From a virus (Duplodnaviria; Caudoviricetes), in the IMG/VR virus record IMGVR_UViG_3300031452_000120, positions 1-26,269 of that record: a stretch of 26,269 nt of DNA; one strand, 5' to 3'. Numbering within the stretch: position 1 is the stretch's first letter; each line of letters begins with the position of its first letter. The notes beneath the pieces were generated by a model. The model made no database searches and had not been told where the DNA came from. It saw only the letters and a list, made by a program, of their open reading frames with translations. This document shows positions 1 to 7,701 of the stretch, one piece after another. The translations under genes and the position numbers were made by a program.

Positions 1-451
1 TGCGGTCGGGCGTGGTCACGGTCGCGCTCACCGCGTCGATGACGGCCTCGGGGCGCACGGGGTTACTCTCGATGATGACCTGCAACGCCTGGGCCTGGGC
101 GAGCCCATGCACGAGGGCCGCGAACTCGCGACAGACGCGCTCCTGGTCGTGCGCGCCGAGGCTGCGCAGGTTAAGGAAGGCGTCGACCCGCACGACCGCC
201 AGGCAGGACCCATCGGCCAAGATGAGCGTGCCGTCCGGCTCGATGGTGAAGCGACCTGGGCCAGCAGGTAGCGGCAACGGCCCCACGACGCGCGGTGGTT
301 TAGGAGCGGTGTTAGCGGGCTCGCCGGTGCCGGGTGCTGAGGCGACGCCTGAGCGACGAGAAGGCCAGATGTGACGCGTGGCCCCTGCCCATGGTCGTGG
401 GGGCGTGGCGCGGCCCGTGGGGCGTGTGGAGCGGGATGGGTTGGTTGTCAT
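1..451 (-). CDS. Partial conjugation protein (VirB4/TraC-associated N-terminal-like), runs off the window edge
   Basis: Manual translation from ATG 451 (AAGGA RBS upstream) is open to position 1: ...DGTLILADGSCLAVVRVDAFLNLRSLGAHDQERVCREFAALVHGLAQAQALQVIIESNPV. This pattern is typical of ORFs following PrgI in Gram-positive-type T4SS operons. Not in the ORF track because the stop lies outside the window. Confidence 0.55.
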   Translation of the reverse strand, partial: MTTNPSRSTRPTGRATPPRPWAGATRHIWPSRRSGVASAPGTGEPANTAPKPPRVVGPLPLPAGPGRFTIEPDGTLILADGSCLAVVRVDAFLNLRSLGAHDQERVCREFAALVHGLAQAQALQVIIESNPVRPEAVIDAVSATVTTPDR

Positions 452-776
452 GGCGTACGTCCTTACTGGCGCTGATGTAGGTGTGCCGGCGCAGGCTAAA
501 GAAGAGGTGTTGCCTGATAGTCGGCTCCCGGTTGGGGTCGGCCATGGCGTAAAAGACGAGGGCCAAGCCACCGCCGGCGATGCTGGTCAGGATGATGTGG
601 CCGAACACGGCAAGCAGCGTCGTGCCGAACACAAAGCCCCCGAGCCACCAGACACCGCCGGCGGCGATCCCAGCCGTTAGCAGGGCTACGGTCTGCGCGA
701 TGGTCAGATTGCCCGGTCCGCCGCGCCACGACTCATTGGGGACGCGAGGTGAACGGCGATTACTCATGGGTTGCAT
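312..776 (-). CDS. PrgI/VirB3-like membrane protein
   Basis: GPGNLTIAQ motif followed by two hydrophobic helices; lies between the pilin-like gene and the VirB4-associated ORF; RBS GGGAG before ATG 776. Confidence 0.5.
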   Translation of the reverse strand: MQPMSNRRSPRVPNESWRGGPGNLTIAQTVALLTAGIAAGGVWWLGGFVFGTTLLAVFGHIILTSIAGGGLALVFYAMADPNREPTIRQHLFFSLRRHTYISASKDVRHDNQPIPLHTPHGPRHAPTTMGRGHASHLAFSSLRRRLSTRHRRAR

Positions 777-792
777 GGTGAGCATCTCCCTT

Positions 793-855
793 AAACACAA
801 AAGGGCGGTGGACGCCGGCCGCAGTGTCCGCTGACACGACCAAATCCACCGCCCT
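793..855 (-). terminator. Intrinsic terminator/attenuator after pilin-like gene
   Basis: AGGGCGGTGGA (802-812) pairs with TCCACCGCCCT (845-855), with an inner GTGTC/GACAC stem; followed by TTTGTGTTT on the minus strand. Confidence 0.55.
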
Positions 856-868
856 CCGCGACGAGGCG

Positions 869-1123
869 TTACGGGCCGGGCGTCGGGCCAGGGGCTCCCG
901 GTGTTATGGTGACACCGGCCTTCGCGGCGAGCGTGGCGGCGATCACCCGGATCAGGATCAGCAGGGCCATGCCCACAAGGGCCGTACGCGTCACATCGGC
1001 GCCGTGGCGATAGCCCAGGATGCCAGCGAACACGCCCATAAAGACACCGACGATGCCGAGGCCGACGGCGGCCAGGACAATCTGTGTGCCGAAGCTGTTG
1101 ATGAGGTCGAGAAGACTTTGCAT
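869..1123 (-). CDS. VirB2/TrbC-like pilin (84 aa, two TM helices)
   Basis: MQSLLDLINSFGTQIVLAAVGLGIVGVFMG...RTALVGMALLILIRVIAA has pilin-like hydrophobic hairpin architecture; first gene of the tra-like operon. Confidence 0.55.
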   Translation of the reverse strand: MQSLLDLINSFGTQIVLAAVGLGIVGVFMGVFAGILGYRHGADVTRTALVGMALLILIRVIAATLAAKAGVTITPGAPGPTPGP

Positions 1124-1394
1124 AGTGTGCGAAATCCTTATGTTAAACTGGAGGTGAAGCAAACAGGTGCCTCGCGTAACGGTGGTGGTTGCCAATTGTC
1201 TTCCATCGGCCGGGTCGTGAGCGCGACGCCGGCCTTTGTCGCCCCTTTCTCTCCTCTCGTATCATGACCTCCTTCGTGCGTCTGTGCGTGGCCCTAGCCG
1301 CTTACATTGCGCCCGTGCGGTGCCCTGCCCGTAGTATAGCAATTATCGTGATAAACTAACAAAAATAAGCGGTAGCTATGAGGGGTATGCAAGA

Positions 1395-1634
1395 ATGGAT
1401 GAAGAACAAGGACATAAGAGCGGGGGAGTGCTGGTGCCACGTAAGAAGCGGGAAGACTTTACCTGGCGGTCAGTCTACTTCCCTGTTTCATGGCTTCCCC
1501 TCATCCTCGATCTATCCCAGCGCGATGACCGCAGCTTGTCAAGTATGCTACGCCAACTCGTGCGCGATGGCCTGACACACCGGGGGGTTGACGTACCTGA
1601 ACCGCCGGCAGAGTACGACGAGGCGGGCCACTGA
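1395..1634 (+). CDS. Ribbon-helix-helix (CopG-like) regulator
   Basis: RSVYFPVSWLPLILDLSQRDDRSLSSMLRQLVRDGL fits the RHH pattern; divergent from the tra-like operon; palindrome TTATC-GT-GATAA at 1343-1354 upstream. Confidence 0.7.
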   Translation: MDEEQGHKSGGVLVPRKKREDFTWRSVYFPVSWLPLILDLSQRDDRSLSSMLRQLVRDGLTHRGVDVPEPPAEYDEAGH

Positions 1635-1993
1635 TGAGCCCGCGGTCTATCGCCACCAACGCTGCGATGCGCCTGGCGCAGTTCGCAACTGCGGCTAGTC
1701 GGCGTCCCTGGGCCGTTCTCTGGATACCACTCCCCGTCGCGTGGCAGATGGCGGCGCGTCATATCAGCGCCAACCGCATGGAAGAGGCCCTGGCGCTGCT
1801 GCTGACGATACCTGAGGTGATGGGTACCCTGTGCCTTGTGGGGCTACTGGTGTGGCAACTGTGGAGCCTGGCGAAAATAGCAAAGCAGCGGATCGCGCTC
1901 AACACTGCGACGCTGGGGGTGTACCCGTGGTTCGCGCGCATTGGGCTCTGGTTTGGTGTAGGTTTCTTTCTCTCCGCTTTCATCGTCACGTAG
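1634..1993 (+). CDS. Hypothetical membrane protein
   Basis: Three hydrophobic stretches; start overlaps the upstream stop (TGATG). Confidence 0.55.
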   Translation: MSPRSIATNAAMRLAQFATAASRRPWAVLWIPLPVAWQMAARHISANRMEEALALLLTIPEVMGTLCLVGLLVWQLWSLAKIAKQRIALNTATLGVYPWFARIGLWFGVGFFLSAFIVT

Positions 1994-2119
1994 GCAAGAT
2001 CAGCCGCACGCAGGATAACGCCCTCTCTACCTGAAAAAGAAGATATGCGACGTCGGCAACCGTCCGCCCCATGACCCCCGACGCGGCTGCCCGTCGTGCG
2101 CCGTCGTGGAATAGGTCGC

Positions 2120-2273
2120 CTCGTGCCCGCACGCGCGGGGAGCCGCCGCCCCATATCCGACTGGGCTTGTCGGACATGACCTCGCGCGCGGGCACGCGGG
2201 GAGCCGCCGATGAGATCTCATCAAGCGATACGGTTCGTTGTTACCGCGTGCCCGCACGCGCGGGGAGCCGCCA
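2120..2273 (+). CRISPR. Orphan type I-E-like mini-array (3 repeats, 2 spacers)
   Basis: 29-nt repeats CTCGTGCCCGCACGCGCGGGGAGCCGCCG (2120-2148), CTCGCGCGCGGGCACGCGGGGAGCCGCCG (2181-2209) and CGCGTGCCCGCACGCGCGGGGAGCCGCCA (2245-2273); spacers of 32 and 35 nt. The CCCGC-N4-GCGGG stem and 8-nt 3' handle ending in CCG match the I-E layout. No cas genes in the window. Confidence 0.5.
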
Positions 2274-2426
2274 CTAGCGATGCATGCCCCCGATGAGCGG
2301 GCTGGCGGCGTCCCATGTGGCATCCTAAGGGGGCGAGTGGTCTGCGGTGCGTTAACGCCGCCACCGTAGGCCGTTCGCGCGTCTGGAGCGGATGCAGGCA
2401 TGCCGCCACCGTGTACACTTAGCGTC

Positions 2427-2960
2427 ATGGATGACGCAGGCACGCACGCAAGCACGCACGCAAACGACGTGCACGCGTCCCGGCTCACGGTCGATGAGGC
2501 GGCCGCGCGACTCGGCAAGTCGGCCGACACAGTGCGGCGCTACATTCGGGCCGGCCATCTCCCCGCGGAGCGCGTGCAGGGCGAGCGCACCATCGAGTAT
2601 CGGGTGCGACCGACCGACGTCGATGACCTCCACGGACGCCAGGACGCCGTTCATAGTGAGCCACGCACTGAGGACGGCGAGGCCCCAGCGCCACCAGCGC
2701 CACCAGCGACCGCCGGCAGTGGAGGACGTGTGCAGGCAGGCACGGACGCACGCATACAGACACTCACCCTCATGCACGCGTTGGTCGAGCCGCTCGTCGA
2801 GGAGGTCCGCCAGGCGCGGCAGGAGCTGGGCGACACGCGCGAGGAGTTAGGGCGAGAGCGGGCGCTACGCGAGGCCGCCGACGCGCGTGTGCGGGCGCTG
2901 GAGCGACAGACACGCCCCGCAAGGCCCTGGTGGCTGCGGATGATCTTGGGGCGCTCCTAG
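2427..2960 (+). CDS. HTH (MerR/Xis-like) plus coiled-coil protein with C-terminal amphipathic RPWW tail; partition-like
   Basis: LTVDEAAARLGKSADTVRRYIRAGHL HTH; coiled coil VEEVRQARQEL...VRALER; ends RPWWLRMILGRS. TACACT 7 nt before ATG 2427 suggests a leaderless transcript. Confidence 0.75.
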   Translation: MDDAGTHASTHANDVHASRLTVDEAAARLGKSADTVRRYIRAGHLPAERVQGERTIEYRVRPTDVDDLHGRQDAVHSEPRTEDGEAPAPPAPPATAGSGGRVQAGTDARIQTLTLMHALVEPLVEEVRQARQELGDTREELGRERALREAADARVRALERQTRPARPWWLRMILGRS

Positions 2961-2988
2961 GACGCGTGCACGCGTGTAGAGAGGGCAT

Positions 2989-3040
2989 GCCGACATAGGC
3001 AGGCGCCGACGTAGGCAGGCATGCATGCAGGCGCCGACGT
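2989..3040 (+). repeat. Short direct repeats GCCGAC(A/G)TAGGCAGGC
   Basis: gccgacataggcaggc gccgacgtaggcaggc atgcatgcaggc gccgacgt, directly after the HTH gene. Confidence 0.7.
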
Positions 3041-3059
3041 TACACGCGTCGCTAACCGG

Positions 3060-3308
3060 CTACAGGCCCTCGTCAATGCCCTCCAGGCAGAACGGGCGGC
3101 AGGCGATGCAGACGGGATCGGTTGTCATCGCGCCCAGCGCGCCCCAGGATGTGCGTCGGGTCTGGCGCGAGAAGAGCGCCCCCGTCGGGATCACCCCGGC
3201 GCACTGAACACAGGTGAACTCGACGACCGCGCGATAGGCAATCGTGACCACACCGGTAGCCAACGTCGCGCGCCCGACCCGGTGACTCCTCACGGCGCTC
3301 CTCTTCAT
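3060..3308 (-). CDS. Small Zn-binding protein (CxxC...CxxC)
   Basis: AGGAGG RBS before ATG 3308; CVQC and CIAC motifs. Confidence 0.6.
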   Translation of the reverse strand: MKRSAVRSHRVGRATLATGVVTIAYRAVVEFTCVQCAGVIPTGALFSRQTRRTSWGALGAMTTDPVCIACRPFCLEGIDEGL

Positions 3309-3419
3309 CGACCTTCCTCCTACTACAGCGATTCTAGCACGCCCCGCACGCCTAAGGGGCCAGAGGGACGATAGGTATCCCCCTGGCCCCATCAGTTCTC
3401 ACCGGACGGCCTGTGGCCT

Positions 3420-3812
3420 TTAGGCGTGCAGGGGGGGCGAGTTCTGGTCGGCCTGCTCCTTCGCGGCCGCTCTATCGGCCGCGTTCTTTGCATAACGCGC
3501 CTTATCGTCCGCGATCTCGGCCAGACGTTCGCGGCATTGCGCGCCGTCGTCGTCGCCGAGGTGGTCGGCGGCATCAGTCGCTAACCGTGCGGCGATGCGC
3601 ATCGTCGCGGACATCAGGCGGTACTTCGGAGTCGGATGGCCGTCCGAGTCGCCGTCCGAGTCGCCGCCGTGGGGCTCGATTGTCTGCAAGTAGTAGCGCA
3701 ACAGGTTGATGGTGTCCCAGAGGTCCTCCGCATCGACGTGGGCGTAGCCCCACTCGCCCTCAGGGGAAAGCTTGTCACCGTGGGGGATCTGGATCTCGCA
3801 TGTACCGGTCAT
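3420..3812 (-). CDS. Hypothetical protein
   Basis: ORF with GAAAGGA RBS and protein-like composition; part of the leftward operon. Confidence 0.6.
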   Translation of the reverse strand: MTGTCEIQIPHGDKLSPEGEWGYAHVDAEDLWDTINLLRYYLQTIEPHGGDSDGDSDGHPTPKYRLMSATMRIAARLATDAADHLGDDDGAQCRERLAEIADDKARYAKNAADRAAAKEQADQNSPPLHA

Positions 3813-3833
3813 GATCGTATCGTTTCCTTTCAT

Positions 3834-4113
3834 ACTTATCGTTCGCGCAAATTGGAAGTCAGTTCGAGAGCGCCGCGACCACTACATGTAGCATTCGTAG
3901 CGGATACGCTACTACATATAGGAAGTGCCGCTGGTTGAGTTGAAGGGAGAGCAGAATGCCCAGTAACATACTGACCTGTCACGACCGTAGACTCCGCAGC
4001 CATCACGGCCTTTTGTTGACAATAACCACGGCACCGAGCCGTTTGTTCACAAGCCGTCGGCGATTGTTGGCACCAGCAGCCGAACTCGCTCAAGATTTGC
4101 GCGAACGATAAGT
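3834..4113. mobile_element. MITE-like insertion, 280 bp
   Basis: Perfect 19-bp terminal inverted repeats ACTTATCGTTCGCGCAAAT (3834-3852) and ATTTGCGCGAACGATAAGT (4095-4113), extended in register by AGTTCG/CGAACT; flanked by a TCAT direct repeat (3830-3833, 4114-4117); lower GC; no transposase inside. Confidence 0.8.
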
Positions 4114-4203
4114 TCATAGTCACAGTTAGTTCTCGGTCGGTGGACAGGCCAGATTGATAGCAGGGCGGCCCACGCGCGCGCCGTATAGACCTACACGACT
4201 CTG

Positions 4204-4680
4204 TCATCGCGCCCAAGCCCCACCAAACACATGCGCCACACGGCGCGACCGCACAGGAGGCGTCGCCGCCGAGCCAGAGCGGACACGGCCCCCAGACTCC
4301 TGCACAGCCGCCTGTTGCTGCCGCTCAGGGTGCGCCGTATAGCGTGCCTCTGCTGCATCCTGCGCCGCCGTCTCAATGGCCCCTACAGCGCGCTCACAGA
4401 GGCGTACAGCCTCGTCGTGCCCGCGCTCACGCGCCTGTACCGTAGCGTCCCGTACAGCGTCCAGGCCCTCGACAAGGGCGTCTAACGCCATGTGGGGATC
4501 GCGCGGATACGCCGGGATGATCGTGACCGTTTCATCGTCGTCAAGCGGGTCGATGCGGACACACACGACGTGCCGGGCACCGGTGAGGGTAAAGGGGACG
4601 ACGACCAGGCCACCACGGCGCTGATAGACGAGGAGGGGCTTGTCCAGATCGAGGTAGAACAATTCAATGGGGGGAGTCAT
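4204..4680 (-). CDS. Hypothetical protein
   Basis: 158-aa ORF with ATGA coupling to the upstream gene. Confidence 0.65.
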   Translation of the reverse strand: MTPPIELFYLDLDKPLLVYQRRGGLVVVPFTLTGARHVVCVRIDPLDDDETVTIIPAYPRDPHMALDALVEGLDAVRDATVQARERGHDEAVRLCERAVGAIETAAQDAAEARYTAHPERQQQAAVQESGGRVRSGSAATPPVRSRRVAHVFGGAWAR

Positions 4681-5087
4681 GGCGTGATCCGTCCGGCGCC
4701 AGCGTCCTTCTCATCGTGTCCCGCCAGTTCGGCGATAAACGTCCGGCACGGTTCGCCATCGCCTGTCCCCAAATCCGCGAGCACCGCTTCTTCGAGCTGC
4801 GTCGTGAGCTGCCGGGTCGCGATCCGCAGCCGGTACTGCATGCCCAGGTCCGCGGCATCATCTTTGAGCGGGTCGAGGGTGAGCACGAGAACTTGCAACA
4901 ATTCGATGGCTTTGTAGAGCACGTAGCTATCGATATGGATGGGATTGCCAATGGGGGACGTGTCGCGTCCGTCAGGGATAGCAACCTCAATCGTGTCCCG
5001 GCCGCGGCGGATGCCGCTTTCCCATGGGCGCTCTTTCGGGGCCGTCGTGCGGGTGGTGTCTGTGGCGTGGTCGGTGTGGTCAGTCAT
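4677..5087 (-). CDS. Hypothetical protein
   Basis: 136-aa ORF, GAGGAG RBS, ATGA overlaps on both sides. Confidence 0.7.
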   Translation of the reverse strand: MTDHTDHATDTTRTTAPKERPWESGIRRGRDTIEVAIPDGRDTSPIGNPIHIDSYVLYKAIELLQVLVLTLDPLKDDAADLGMQYRLRIATRQLTTQLEEAVLADLGTGDGEPCRTFIAELAGHDEKDAGAGRITP

Positions 5088-5299
5088 GGGTGGGCACTCC
5101 TCTGCTGCGTGGTATGAGTGACGAGGCGCTGAAAGATAGCGTCAATACGTGTCTCTTGGTTCGGTGTGGCGACGGACGCCCACGCGATGAGGCGTCCGTT
5201 ATGGGTCATGTAGGCGATGTCGTCGTAGACATAGCGCATCCAGGACGGGGCGTAGGGCGTCGCGGGCGCCGGTGGTGGTGTCTGCTGCTGTGTCGTCAT
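5084..5299 (-). CDS. Hypothetical protein
   Basis: AGGAG RBS before ATG 5299; operon-coupled. Confidence 0.55.
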   Translation of the reverse strand: MTTQQQTPPPAPATPYAPSWMRYVYDDIAYMTHNGRLIAWASVATPNQETRIDAIFQRLVTHTTQQRSAHP

Positions 5300-5300
5300 G

Positions 5301-5507
5301 TCAAAGGCTCCTGGCGGCCGTGCTGCGGGCCGTGATCCTATCGGCGTACTCATTCCAGGCGTCTACCTCGCGCCAGGCGGCATCATTGGCCGGTCGGAAC
5401 GTACCGTTGCCCACGTAGATATACGCGGCGCGCTCGGCGACGGGGGCCGTCCCGCTTGTAACAATTGTTACAAGCGGCCCGGTGGTCGTAGCTGTGGTGG
5501 GGCTCAT
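5301..5507 (-). CDS. Hypothetical protein
   Basis: 68-aa ORF filling the gap between coupled genes. Confidence 0.55.
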   Translation of the reverse strand: MSPTTATTTGPLVTIVTSGTAPVAERAAYIYVGNGTFRPANDAAWREVDAWNEYADRITARSTAARSL

Positions 5508-5508
5508 G

Positions 5509-5961
5509 TTAGGCCGCTCTCATGACTTGCCAGTGCAACGCGGCCACTTCGCGCTCCAGGCCATCGACCTGACGCCAGAGGACCGCATAAAAGTCGTCGC
5601 GTGAATCAGCGTCTTGAAGCGCCCGCCGCGCGCTGGCGAGCCGTGCCTCGGCCTCGTCGGTCTGAGCGTCGAGGCTGGCGACGACGGGCGGCGTGGTCAT
5701 CGGCACAGCCACCGGACCCTCTGGCGTGGCCTGGGCGTACCACGTCTGCATGGACGGCTCTAGCGCCTGGACCAGCGCCACATGCTTGCAATGGTGGCGA
5801 TATGAGAAACCGATGCAGGAGCAGCTCGTCGCCGTCGTCGTGTGACCCCGGCCGGGGCGTGATGCGCTCTCTACTAAATAGTGACCAGGGCCGAGGCGGC
5901 GAACGCGCGGGCGAAAAGAGCTAGCGGTCGTGGTGTGTGTGGCCGTAGACTGAGTGTGCAT
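5509..5961 (-). CDS. SWIM zinc-finger protein
   Basis: YLVES...CSCIGFSYRHHCKHV matches the SWIM CxC...CxH pattern; GAGGT RBS. Confidence 0.8.
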   Translation of the reverse strand: MHTQSTATHTTTASSFRPRVRRLGPGHYLVESASRPGRGHTTTATSCSCIGFSYRHHCKHVALVQALEPSMQTWYAQATPEGPVAVPMTTPPVVASLDAQTDEAEARLASARRALQDADSRDDFYAVLWRQVDGLEREVAALHWQVMRAA

Positions 5962-6049
5962 GGCGACTATACCTCGCTGTGTCGTGCCGAGGGCTGTTCT
6001 AGCAGCGCCTCGGCCTTTTCTTTGTCCGGGTCAACTCCCGTACACCATC

Positions 6050-6090
6050 AGTATAACCTAGTTGTAACGGCGTGTCAACTTTGGTATAAT
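6050..6090. promoter_or_regulatory. Overlapping divergent sigma70-type promoters
   Basis: Minus strand: TTGACA (6078-6073), 17 nt, TATACT (6055-6050). Plus strand: TTGTAA (6062-6067), 17 nt, TATAAT (6085-6090) with an extended TG. Confidence 0.75.
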
Positions 6091-6148
6091 AGAGTTTAGG
6101 TAGCGCGCATTTGCCGTTATCACGTCGTATCATAGAGGGGGACTGCAT

Positions 6149-6376
6149 ATGGAAGTACCGACAATTGACCAGGGGGCCGAAACAATGCCGGATAGCAACC
6201 GGGACGAAAAAGAGACACGGGTTACAGTCCTATTCCCGCCGCCTGTTGCACAGCGGCTGCGGCGCGTGGCAGAGCGTAAGGCGGTGCCATTCTCCGTGCT
6301 AGCTCGGCTGTGGGTGATTGAGAAGTTAGACGAGGAGGAGCGCCGGTTAGGCATTGAAGCGGGGGCTGGTCAATGA
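6149..6376 (+). CDS. Ribbon-helix-helix regulator
   Basis: TRVTVLFPPPVAQRLRRVAERKAVPFSVLARLWVIEKL; first gene after the rightward promoter. Confidence 0.75.
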   Translation: MEVPTIDQGAETMPDSNRDEKETRVTVLFPPPVAQRLRRVAERKAVPFSVLARLWVIEKLDEEERRLGIEAGAGQ

Positions 6377-6505
6377 CCAGCCCCACCACCATCAACCCAA
6401 CCGCGCTCCCCTCGTCGAGCGGCAACGAGGGGAGCGAGTTGCCCGACACGGCCGCGATCTACTTCGTGATGGCCGGCGATACCGTACTCTACATCGGACA
6501 GCAGT
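6373..6505 (+). pseudogene. Truncated GIY-YIG nuclease N-terminus
   Basis: LPDTAAIYFVMAGDTVLYIGQ contains both motif halves (AIY...YIG); similarity then stops and the frame overlaps the next gene. Confidence 0.55.
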
Positions 6506-6533
6506 GTTGGCGTCAATCGAGGATGCTTAGGGT

Positions 6534-6806
6534 ATGGCGACTCCTCCGCGCTCCCTCAAGCAGTGGCGCCCTGAGACCCACGACTATACCGGCCAGGGCG
6601 TTGGCGTTTACGATGACGCGCTTCTGCTCGTTGACGCCGCGCACATCCATGTGGGCGACCACATCCTGATGGGCTCGCCGCAGGACGTGGCACGGTATCG
6701 AGTGCGCCATGTCTCGTACTCTCGGGGCTACCCCGAATATTGGCGCGTGCAGATCGAGGTCCTGGACCCCGCGCCGGGAGCGCAGTCTGAGAGGGCCGCA
6801 TCATGA
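6534..6806 (+). CDS. Hypothetical protein
   Basis: 90-aa ORF, ATGA-coupled to the next gene. Confidence 0.6.
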   Translation: MATPPRSLKQWRPETHDYTGQGVGVYDDALLLVDAAHIHVGDHILMGSPQDVARYRVRHVSYSRGYPEYWRVQIEVLDPAPGAQSERAAS

Positions 6807-7048
6807 GGGGTAAGTGGGAGCGCAAAAGCGACACGTTGTGGACGTATCGCATCGCGGGCGCCGCGCGGCCGTATGGCTATGTCGTGCAGTACAAGGACGC
6901 AGGGCGCTCCAACGCCGACTGGGACGCGACAGTGACCGCGGGACGCCTCGACGACGAGCAGACCATCGCCGAGCGAGTGTCGTTCGATGAGGCCAGGTTG
7001 GCCCTAGAGCAATACGCCCAAGACCATGCCGACCGGATATTCGAATAG
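6803..7048 (+). CDS. Hypothetical protein
   Basis: 81-aa ORF in the rightward operon. Confidence 0.65.
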   Translation: MRGKWERKSDTLWTYRIAGAARPYGYVVQYKDAGRSNADWDATVTAGRLDDEQTIAERVSFDEARLALEQYAQDHADRIFE

Positions 7049-7060
7049 AGATAGGGTCAC

Positions 7061-7294
7061 ATGTTCATGAGTAAGGCACCCATGATCCACTGGATCGAAC
7101 GCGCGCCCTACTTGCACGAGGCGCGCGTGACGACCGCCGACGGCGCGGACCTCTACGCAGGTTACGTCGCCGTGACGCCTGACGCCGACGATTCGCGCGC
7201 CTATGTGGGTCGGGGATTCGTTCCGCTCAGCGTGGGGTCGCTCACGATGATGCAGACGGCCGTCGAGCAACGGGTCGCGGAGTTTCTGCGGTAG
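7061..7294 (+). CDS. Hypothetical protein
   Basis: 77-aa ORF in the rightward operon. Confidence 0.6.
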   Translation: MFMSKAPMIHWIERAPYLHEARVTTADGADLYAGYVAVTPDADDSRAYVGRGFVPLSVGSLTMMQTAVEQRVAEFLR

Positions 7295-7475
7295 GTCGAG
7301 CCGGATACGAAGGGGCTTTAGACACGGCGGCGACGGCGAAAGGAAGCCCTCGCCTGAGCGGGCGCCACTGCACAAAACAACCCGCGCACCGCACGCACGT
7401 CCGGGCCGCGCCCTGGACCACCACGCGAGCGCATCGAGGCACGACGAACGCGGCCACGCTCCGTGCATACTAGCC

Positions 7476-7535
7476 TTGTCCTAGAAGCGTTATTCTGGTA
7501 GCATAAGGCCAGAAAGAACAAAGCACATTTGTTCT
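7476..7535 (+). promoter_or_regulatory. Candidate promoter with LexA-like box
   Basis: TTGTCC, 17 nt, TAGCAT (7476-7504) with an extended TG; AGCACATTTGTTCT (7522-7535) is one mismatch from AGAAC-N4-GTTCT. Confidence 0.45.
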
Positions 7536-7701
7536 ACGGACCGTGGGATGACGAAAGGAGGAGGCAACCTAACTCAGGAAACGCTCAACAGGCGCCAGTG
7601 CGTCGACATTCTTACCCAGGTCGAGCAAAGCCGATACAACGAGATCGCGGCGCGGAACCGCGTCGTTAGGACAAGCGTTCAACCGTTACAAGGAGACCAC
7701 C

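Noticed and set aside
2149-2244. Self-targeting by the mini-array spacers
   Set aside because: No convincing protospacer found by eye in the window; only short chance matches such as GGGCTTGTC near 4636.
3836-4216. 126-aa minus-strand ORF as a transposase
   Set aside because: No DDE or HTH motifs and unnatural composition; it simply spans the MITE.
4410-4433. CCTCGTCGTGCCCGCGC resembling the array repeat
   Set aside because: Short, GC-rich, inside a CDS and lacking the GGGGAGCCGCC half.
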